Both the position numbers and the translations under genes were made by a program. Under the pieces are notes generated by a model. That model did not search any database and was not told where the DNA came from. It was given only the letters and a program-made list of their open reading frames with translations. Below are positions 50,002 to 57,091 of a DNA stretch of 57,091 nt, one piece after another. Each line of letters opens with the position of its first letter. Position 1 is the stretch's first letter. The stretch lies in sequence record DRR723986_11703; one strand, written 5' to 3'.

Positions 50002-50390
50002 ATTCGGTTTCCTACAAGATCTTTGGTCAGTCCTTGGTCCCGCTGCGATACCGGCCGCGCTAACCAAACGGCTAGATGCTCGATTCAATCGACGAATCAT
50101 TGGGCGAAGCTGGCTAACCGCAGGATTCAGATATTTTAGATGGGCACTGCCCGAAGAGGTATGCACATAAGCGCCGGTGGGCTCGAATTGTGCACTCGAA
50201 GTGGGAAACGACTACAATTACGCCGACAATTCAGCCACTTGCAACCCAGCCGGACGCTTGCCAGTGGCGGGGGGATTGCCCAAAATGCGCCTCAAGCGTG
50301 GTCCGATCCGCCATTGGATGGCAGGGCGAACGCTTAGCAGCCCGTTCAATTACTCGAGAAAAGCGTACCTAGAGAAAAGCGATAATCACA

Positions 50391-51935
50391 ATGATTCGTC
50401 TCCAAACAGTGTTTCCTCGCGTCGGAAGGACCAGCATCGCAGCTTTCGCTATGCTCTTCTGCGCCACCGCCGTTCAGGCTGCCGACTCCATCTCCGTTCT
50501 GCTGGTTGACGGCCAGAACAACCACAAATGGCAAGAAACGACGCCACTGATTAAGGCAACGCTGGAAAGTACGGGAATGTTCGAAGTGGACGTCGTCACC
50601 AGCCCTCCTAAGGGTGGTGATATGTCTGGGTTCACGCCAGTGTTCAGCGACTACGACGTGGTTGTATCCAACTACAACGGACAGCCATGGTCTGAAAAGA
50701 CGAAAGCAGCCTTTGAAGCTTACGTTGCTGGCGGCGGAGGATTCGTCTCCGTTCATGCCGCTGACAACTCTTTCCCGAAGTGGCCCGCATATAACAAGAT
50801 GATTGGCCTGGGTGGCTGGGGCGGCCGAACTGAAAAAGATGGCCCCTATGTCCGGTGGCGTGACGGCGAAATCGTTCGCGACTCTGAGCCCGGCAGGGGC
50901 GGTAGTCACGGCAAGCGTCACCCATTTGAGGTGGTTGTTCGCAACGCCGAGCATCCGATCACTAGAGGCTTGCCTGCGAGTTGGCTTCAGGCCGAAGACG
51001 AACTTTATGCTCAGCTTCGCGGACCTGCTCAAAACATGACGGTCCTTGCTACCGCCTTCAGCAGTAAGGATAAGGGCGGCGGCGCGTCCACCGGACAGCA
51101 TGAACCGATCTTGATGGTTGTCGACTATGACAAGGGCCGCTGCTTCCACACAACGATGGGGCACGATGCGAAGGCGATGAGCGGCACTGCATTCCAGGTT
51201 ACTCTGCAGCGTGGTACCGAATGGGCCGCCACTGGCAAAGTCACTCAGCCTGCCGTAACCGCCGCCTTGCTTAGCAAGGACGAGCCCAAGATGCGGGACC
51301 CAATGAAGCTTAGCCCTGCACCAGGAGCGGACAAGGTCGATTTTTCATCTAAGCCAGACATCGATGGTGACGGATGGACGAAGATCTTTAACGGCAAGAA
51401 CCTTGATGGATGGACTCAAAAGAACGGCACTGCGAAGTACACCGTCGAGGAAGGGGCTGTTGTTGGGCGGACTGCCGTTGGAAGCCCGAATTCATTCATG
51501 TGTTCAGACAAAGACTACGGCGATTTCGAAATTACTTTCGAAGTCAAGGTAGACGTCGGACTGAATTCAGGAATTCAAATTCGCTCGAAAAGCCTCGACG
51601 ATTTCAAGAACGGTCGTGTGCACGGTCCACAGGTGGAAATTGAAACTGGACCTGCCGAGGCGGGTTACGTGTACGGCGAAGCTACCGGACGCGGCTGGCT
51701 AAGCCCTCGACAGCCCAAGACCGACGCGATGGACAACGACGGCTGGAACCGCTTTGTCATTCGTGCCGTTGGTCCGAGAATCCAAACTTGGATCAATGGG
51801 CAGATGATTGAAGATATTTCCGATCCAGAAAGCTATATGGAAGGTTTCTTCGGATTGCAGGTGCACAGCATTCCAAAGAACAAAGGACCGTTTGAGGTTC
51901 GTTGGCGCGATATCCGCATTCACGAAATCAAGTAG
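50391..51935 (+). CDS. Secreted ThuA-like + DUF1080 two-domain protein
   Basis: [28 protein letters not shown] and [10 protein letters not shown]; then [18 protein letters not shown] and GLQVH. Confidence 0.88.
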   Translation: MIRLQTVFPRVGRTSIAAFAMLFCATAVQAADSISVLLVDGQNNHKWQETTPLIKATLESTGMFEVDVVTSPPKGGDMSGFTPVFSDYDVVVSNYNGQPWSEKTKAAFEAYVAGGGGFVSVHAADNSFPKWPAYNKMIGLGGWGGRTEKDGPYVRWRDGEIVRDSEPGRGGSHGKRHPFEVVVRNAEHPITRGLPASWLQAEDELYAQLRGPAQNMTVLATAFSSKDKGGGASTGQHEPILMVVDYDKGRCFHTTMGHDAKAMSGTAFQVTLQRGTEWAATGKVTQPAVTAALLSKDEPKMRDPMKLSPAPGADKVDFSSKPDIDGDGWTKIFNGKNLDGWTQKNGTAKYTVEEGAVVGRTAVGSPNSFMCSDKDYGDFEITFEVKVDVGLNSGIQIRSKSLDDFKNGRVHGPQVEIETGPAEAGYVYGEATGRGWLSPRQPKTDAMDNDGWNRFVIRAVGPRIQTWINGQMIEDISDPESYMEGFFGLQVHSIPKNKGPFEVRWRDIRIHEIK

Positions 51936-51981
51936 TCGTGACCAACGCCCAGTAGGCTGAACGGCCCCACTGCCAGCTATC

Positions 51982-52025
51982 AACGCTCCGCCGCCGGCGC
52001 TGCCGACTGCGGAGCGTTTTCGTTT
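51982..52025 (+). terminator. Rho-independent terminator
   Basis: aacgctccgc...gcggagcgtt perfect 10-bp outer stem with inner cggc-gct-gccg, followed by ttcgttt. Confidence 0.6.
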
Positions 52026-52071
52026 CCCAAGAGAATATTCTCGATCCAAACGACCTGCCACGAGCATACTG

Positions 52072-52824
52072 ATGTACCTGATCGAGCACACCTACGGTGA
52101 TCCTGCCCTAGATTTGGCTTTGGATGAATTGTTGCTCGACGAACTTGACCGCGGCGACACGCAGCAAGAAACCCTCCGATTGTGGCATGCCCAGCGAACC
52201 TTCGTCGTCATGGGGCGAAGTGGCCGAGTGAACGAAGAAGTCTATCGCGAACACATGGACGACGATGGTGTCGCGCTCTATCGTCGCTGTTCCGGTGGAG
52301 GCACCGTAGTTGCGGCACCGGGCTGCGCATTTTTCTCTCTCGTACTCTCGCTCGATCTGCGCCCAGAATTAAGGATGGTTGATGCAGCCCACAACTACGT
52401 GATGACGCGGCTGACGGAAGCGATCAAGCCTCATGTTGCAGGAATCCGTTTTTCCGGGCACTGCGATCTTGTCGTTGGTGACCGAAAAGTGAGCGGCAAT
52501 AGCTTGCGGATCAGACGTCGAGCCCTCCTGTACCACGGCACATTCTTGCTGAACATGGATCTTCGACTCGCCGAACGTTACCTGCGCCCTCCACCGCGAG
52601 AACCTGAGTATCGCCAGGGACGTCCGCACAGTGACTTCATCCAGAATTTACCGATGCAATCCAGCGACTTGCGGGAAGCACTGATTGAGCAGTTCTCCAG
52701 CGCCGGCGTTTCAGAAACCGCAGCCGGCGGATTGGTTGCGCGTGCCGCTGACCAATTCACACAGCACGCCCAAGAGTTAGCCAAATCCAAATACAGTCGT
52801 TCATCATGGACCGACTCGCGGTGA
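52072..52824 (+). CDS. Lipoate-protein ligase family protein (catalytic domain only)
   Basis: LALDELL, LRLW, RRCSGGGTV, KVSGNS and LYHGT motifs; 250 aa. Confidence 0.85.
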   Translation: MYLIEHTYGDPALDLALDELLLDELDRGDTQQETLRLWHAQRTFVVMGRSGRVNEEVYREHMDDDGVALYRRCSGGGTVVAAPGCAFFSLVLSLDLRPELRMVDAAHNYVMTRLTEAIKPHVAGIRFSGHCDLVVGDRKVSGNSLRIRRRALLYHGTFLLNMDLRLAERYLRPPPREPEYRQGRPHSDFIQNLPMQSSDLREALIEQFSSAGVSETAAGGLVARAADQFTQHAQELAKSKYSRSSWTDSR

Positions 52825-52843
52825 TTTGATCCTGGGAGCAGCA

Positions 52844-53191
52844 ATGACTATCCGTGATCTTATTTACGGTACAGCTCGTGACAACAATCCGTACGTACCA
52901 CCGCAGACTGAAAGCAGGTTGCCTTCCCAACCGGCTCAAGTTTCAGAAAGTTGGTCGACGCGATGGCTACGGCACGTCCTCGGTTGCTTCACGCATGGAG
53001 CAACAGCTTTTAGCGTCGCAAGCTTAGGCTGGTCAAGGCTTGGGAGCACCAACGCTCAATACTTGTTACCTTTCTGGTCGATCGCCTTTCTGCTGGGGAT
53101 TGCGTTCTACGTATGTATCACGCGCCCATTTGCAAACCGATACCATGCCCGCCTAGCTGAAGAGAAGAAGCGGGCCGAACAGTCAATATGA
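52844..53191 (+). CDS. Small membrane protein with NPY motif
   Basis: RBS GGAG at 52835; NNPYVPP; two hydrophobic segments. Confidence 0.6.
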   Translation: MTIRDLIYGTARDNNPYVPPQTESRLPSQPAQVSESWSTRWLRHVLGCFTHGATAFSVASLGWSRLGSTNAQYLLPFWSIAFLLGIAFYVCITRPFANRYHARLAEEKKRAEQSI

Positions 53192-53208
53192 AAGTCGTTT
53201 TACCCAGC

Positions 53209-53622
53209 TCACGATTCGCGCGTGGTTGCTGAAATTTCAGCGCCAATTTCATAGCACTTGGGCCCCAGCCTCCGGCAACGAACCACTTTTGCCGTGATGC
53301 GACGCGAATTGACGTAAATGCAAAACACGTCTTCTGGGAATAATTGTTCGTGGAACAAAATCGCTACGCCGCCATGCGACAGATCCTTCACGATAGCAAA
53401 TTGATGCTCCTGTTCTGTCGGAAGCCAGCGATTGGGGAAATCGAGCAACTCAATTTGAGCCTCTTGTCGAACCGCCAACCGCGCTCGACTCCTGCACTCA
53501 TCGGCCGTGGTCGTAGAGTAGCCGGTTCGGCGAAAGAAGTCACGTCCGAAGTCATCCGGCAGTTGCACTTTGTGCCGCGGCTCCGGATCGATAGCCCCTA
53601 GTTCAGGATCGTTCGCCAACAT
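53209..53622 (-). CDS. Stand-alone PilZ-domain protein
   Basis: RSRAR (RxxxR), DLSHGG (DxSxxG) and VVRCRR...YEIGAE. Confidence 0.85.
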   Translation of the reverse strand: MLANDPELGAIDPEPRHKVQLPDDFGRDFFRRTGYSTTTADECRSRARLAVRQEAQIELLDFPNRWLPTEQEHQFAIVKDLSHGGVAILFHEQLFPEDVFCIYVNSRRITAKVVRCRRLGPKCYEIGAEISATTRES

Positions 53623-54563
53623 TGCAATACCTCGGAGTCAAAGTGAGTGCCGTCGCCATTGTTGAGGATCGCAAGTGCAGATTCGCGACTTGCCGGATGC
53701 CGATAGGGACGCTTACTCGTCAGAGCTTCGTAGACGTCAACGACGGCGCAAAGTCGAGCCCAAACGTGAATTTCATCTCGGGTGCAACCAACTGGATAGC
53801 CCGTGCCATCGATCTTCTCATGATGTTGATACACCATCATCAACTGTCCCAGCGTTGCGTCTTCGCGGCACAGCTCGCGGTAGCCGATTACAGGGTGCTC
53901 ACGAACAGCGCGGTACTCTTGCTCGGTTAACCTGCCAGGTTTGTTCAGGATTGCTGAATCAATGTGAAGTTTGCCAAGATCATGAATCAGACCGCCGACG
54001 GCAATCTCCTCCTGCTCGGCGGTGCTGAAGCCCAACTCTCTCGCCAATAGGACGCAGTATATGGACACATTCGTAGAGTGCGTGAATGTACCAAAGTCAT
54101 GATGCAACACGTTGAGAAGCTGGCCGACAGCCAAGGGGCAATCGGCAATGACGTTGCAGGTCAGGTTGCCCAATTCACGGGAGCTTTGCAATATGCTCTT
54201 CGCGTCGCCAATGTTGAATTCTTCCTTGACGACACCTCGTACGATGTCGCCCAAGACGCCGACTCGATTGATGTCGCTCAGGTCTTTGCGAGCGATGATC
54301 TCTCGCCAGTTTTCACGGCAGTACGATTCATACTGCCCAAGGTCCGTTGCTTTGATGAAGAGCTTCTCGCCGACTGTATTCTTCAGTCGTTCGGCCTGCC
54401 CGCGCAGCGACGGATCACTCGACGAGAAATAGAGTACCGGATCCGCGTCGTCCTCACACCGAAGAAACACGTCAACATCCGGCCAATCGTCGGCAACGAG
54501 GGTCGCTGGATTGATGGGTATCAAGTCAGCAGTAGTAATTGTTTGGTGGGACATTGAAGTCAC
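53598..54563 (-). CDS. HD-GYP cyclic-di-GMP phosphodiesterase
   Basis: HSTNVS, IHDLGK, HP, HHEKIDGTGYP, DVYEAL and RPY motifs. Confidence 0.92.
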   Translation of the reverse strand: MTSMSHQTITTADLIPINPATLVADDWPDVDVFLRCEDDADPVLYFSSSDPSLRGQAERLKNTVGEKLFIKATDLGQYESYCRENWREIIARKDLSDINRVGVLGDIVRGVVKEEFNIGDAKSILQSSRELGNLTCNVIADCPLAVGQLLNVLHHDFGTFTHSTNVSIYCVLLARELGFSTAEQEEIAVGGLIHDLGKLHIDSAILNKPGRLTEQEYRAVREHPVIGYRELCREDATLGQLMMVYQHHEKIDGTGYPVGCTRDEIHVWARLCAVVDVYEALTSKRPYRHPASRESALAILNNGDGTHFDSEVLQCWRTILN

Positions 54564-54831
54564 TGCAGCACAACAGGAGATCGTTTGATCGCGGGGCTCC
54601 TAAAACATAGAACACGCACGTTTGAACGTAGTTCCCGCAGAGTCCCATTCCTGAACTTTCTTCCTCCGCACGCCTCCCGATTTCGGGTTATCACGTCACC
54701 AAGCTGCTGTATACGGTCACATTGGCAACAAACCAGAACTTACGAGGGGGGCCGAGCCGCCGAGTTGACCGGCAGGCAAGAAGCAAGGCTTAGAGTTCTG
54801 TTACTCAAGTGCTAACTGCCGTAGTCTTGCA

Positions 54832-55263
54832 CTAATGATTCTTCCAGATGTTCTGGACGACGGCGAATAACAATGCGGTACTCCAACCAAAGATGAGCAG
54901 GCCGTTCATTGCTTGAATGGCGCTGAGTAGACGCCAACTGCCGGTGATGACTATGTCACCGTATCCAAGTGAGGCAAACGTCACGGTGGAGAAATAAACC
55001 GCCTCTTCCCATGTGTGAAGTGGGTCCAGGTTGGGCAATGCTCGGTATGTAGCCGCCCATAAGGCCACTTCCGCTATATGCAGTAGCACTAGGATCAGCG
55101 CCGTTGAACAAAGCAGCGTGATCGGACCGCTAAACAAGCGAATACCAGCACCTTGCTCCCCAGCGCTTTGCTTAAGCATCCGGATCCACCGACTGGTTCC
55201 AACCGCATGGATGGCAACAGTAGCCATGGTGAGCAAAGAACCAACGATTATCGACTGAAGCAT
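54832..55263 (-). CDS. Small potassium-channel-family (pore-domain) protein
   Basis: AVYFSTVTFASLGYGD pore helix and filter, flanked by TM helices. Confidence 0.85.
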   Translation of the reverse strand: MLQSIIVGSLLTMATVAIHAVGTSRWIRMLKQSAGEQGAGIRLFSGPITLLCSTALILVLLHIAEVALWAATYRALPNLDPLHTWEEAVYFSTVTFASLGYGDIVITGSWRLLSAIQAMNGLLIFGWSTALLFAVVQNIWKNH

Positions 55264-55603
55264 CTCAAGATCTTATGTAAAGCGTATCGCGTCAGAGCCT
55301 GGAGTTCGCAGCCGTCATGTGAGCTCCAAGGCAGCAGCAAAGCAGCCATTGTATCTGGACAGATTCTCCAGTCGTGAAGGTTTGCCTAGCAAGAGCCCTT
55401 TTGCCAACCACTGTGTCCGGCTGCGGATTGCCTCAGAACTCGCAAACTGTCATTTGCTAGCAAAGAACTGTCGCTGGTCGACTCGATACCAACTTTGGAG
55501 TGTGCTCCGGATGGACCCCGAGCGAACGTTTAACGATTGCCCGAGGTGAATCGCATGGTTGTGATTTACCTGGGAACAGTGAACGAAGTGTTGGGGTCCG
55601 ACC

Positions 55604-57091
55604 ATGTTCCCGATCAAAAAGAAATGGCCAATTCTTACCGGACTGGTTGCGGCATTATTCTACGGGGCCAACTACTACCGTATTGCCGGATTCGAGCATC
55701 TTCGAATCGAAGCCGTCGAGCAACCTCAGGTTGCTGGACCGGTGGCCACATCTTCGCCAAGTCTGCCGAGTACCGACGTATACGGCCACGGATCAATGGC
55801 TTCGCATGGAACATCGCGTTACGCCATACGCGATTCCAACGTACCGCAACCACCCGGCGGCTGGCGGCTGAATCGTAGCGAGCGGTTCAACCTATTTCAA
55901 AAAGGCCTGAGCGAACCAACGGGCCCGACTCGCCCCGTGTCGCGAACACTGCCCAGTACCGCTCCAATGCAGGCGCCGGGCGGTGTACAGCCACAGAATA
56001 TCCCTGGTTCACTGGGCAGCTTGGCGAGCATCGATGGTAATTCCGCGGCTTCCTCTCCCGGTGGGGTTCCACCGTTTTCTACAACGCCCGTCATGCCGCT
56101 GCCAGGTGCACCAATGGCCACCAACGCGCCTGCAGCAGCGGGAGCAGGGTTCCCAAAGAGCGATCAACGAATTCGAATTGCCAGTTTTCAAGTGGAAGCT
56201 TTGGGAGCCGCAAAGCTCGACAAACCCCACGTGATGCAGTTAATCGTATCGATCATCAAGCAATACGAAGTGGTCGCCCTTCAAGGTATTCGAAGCTCGC
56301 GTGACGACATTCTTCCGATGTTGACCGAACGATTGAATCAATCTGGTGCCACCTACGACTATATGATCGGTCCTCGGGTCGGGCGGGCTGGTGAGCATGA
56401 GCAGTTCGCTTTCCTGTTTGACACATCCCGCGTCGAAACCGATCGTTATCGGCTTTACACAGTCGACGATCCTCAGGACATGTTGACGTTCGAGCCACTA
56501 GTAGGTTGGTTTCGAACCAAGGGGATTGCCCCTGGTCGAGCGTTTACGTTTTCTGTCGTCAATATGCACCTGAGTGCCCAGAGAGCGGCTGAGGAACGAG
56601 CGATCTTAGTCGACCTAATCCGCGCTGTCGAAACCGACGGACGCCAGGAAGACGATTGGATTTTGCTGGGAGACATCGCCGGCGGCAACCGCGGGCTAGA
56701 ATCGCTCGAAAGCACCGGAGTGCGATTCGCCGTCCGCGACATCCCAACTTTGGTCGACGGTTCGGACATGAGTGACACCATTATGTTCTCGCCCGCAGCA
56801 ACAACCGAGTTCACCGGACGTTGTGGCGCTTTTGACTTCCTGCGAAACCGCAATTTGTCGATCGCCGAAGCGCAGGAGCTAAGCCGCCACTTGCCCGTGT
56901 GGGCCGAGTTTTCGATTGATGAAGGCGGGATGCCTGGTCGAGTTGCTCCAGGACGCCCGCCGCAGCAACTGGGAAGTGGCAATGCCGGTGTCACCAGCGC
57001 TGCTCGATCGCCAGCACCGTCGTCGGGCCGCCCGTTGGTTCCAGTGCCTCAAGGCCCAGTTTCTCAGGGCACGGGCTCTCAGGGCACGGGC
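55604..57091 (+). CDS. Membrane-anchored DNase I-like (EEP) protein with degenerate active site; 3' end truncated by the window
   Basis: Not in the ORF track. Manual translation from ATG 55604 has no stop to 57091: MFPIKKKWPILTGLVAALFYG (TM), Pro/Ser/Gly linker, RIASFQV, VVALQGI, GPRVGR, EQFAFLFD, VNMH, ILLGDIA, SRHLPVWAEF. Confidence 0.85.
   Translation, partial: MFPIKKKWPILTGLVAALFYGANYYRIAGFEHLRIEAVEQPQVAGPVATSSPSLPSTDVYGHGSMASHGTSRYAIRDSNVPQPPGGWRLNRSERFNLFQKGLSEPTGPTRPVSRTLPSTAPMQAPGGVQPQNIPGSLGSLASIDGNSAASSPGGVPPFSTTPVMPLPGAPMATNAPAAAGAGFPKSDQRIRIASFQVEALGAAKLDKPHVMQLIVSIIKQYEVVALQGIRSSRDDILPMLTERLNQSGATYDYMIGPRVGRAGEHEQFAFLFDTSRVETDRYRLYTVDDPQDMLTFEPLVGWFRTKGIAPGRAFTFSVVNMHLSAQRAAEERAILVDLIRAVETDGRQEDDWILLGDIAGGNRGLESLESTGVRFAVRDIPTLVDGSDMSDTIMFSPAATTEFTGRCGAFDFLRNRNLSIAEAQELSRHLPVWAEFSIDEGGMPGRVAPGRPPQQLGSGNAGVTSAARSPAPSSGRPLVPVPQGPVSQGTGSQGTG
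57062..57091 (+). repeat. 15-bp tandem repeat at the window end (SQGTG x2 or more)
   Basis: tctcagggcacgggc twice, running into the window edge. Confidence 0.75.

Noticed and set aside
50346-51164. 272-aa minus-strand ORF
   Set aside because: Antisense shadow of the ThuA-DUF1080 gene.
56473-56994. 173-aa minus-strand ORF and the other short ORFs at 55500-56750
   Set aside because: Explained by the long plus-strand EEP reading frame starting at 55604, which the track omitted because it has no stop in the window.

Overview
A gene-dense 57 kb chromosomal segment, most likely from a planctomycete of the Pirellulaceae type. This assignment is inferred from gene content: DUF1080 fusions, a sulfatase, a PurS-PurL fusion, a murB/ftsQ-like pair, NPY-motif membrane proteins and a GGCACAC-TCC-GTGTGCC repeat. 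About 39 CDS are supported. I found no rRNA, tRNA, CRISPR array, transposase or phage gene. Both window ends fall inside repeats. Housekeeping and metabolic genes include tyrA-purL-lnt, panE, egtB, an LplA-like ligase and an ECF sigma/YciI pair. The best candidate for an under-described system is 23448-35735: a TolC + MFP + MFP + (RRE/PqqD-like)-M50 protease-MFP export cluster with no ABC ATPase, RND pump or cargo in the window. It is flanked by a divergent membrane PAS-GGDEF-HD-GYP protein with a His-less Hpt-like tail and by a convergent hybrid histidine kinase. Three intact ORFs look like pseudoenzymes: a MurB lacking the catalytic Ser/Glu (next to an FtsQ-like gene), a membrane-anchored DNase I-like protein lacking its metal ligands (not in the ORF track, 55604 to window end), and a Gfo/Idh/MocA protein without its EKP motif. 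An M14 carboxypeptidase-S9B dipeptidyl peptidase fusion is also notable. All family calls come from reading motifs by eye; no database search was run.
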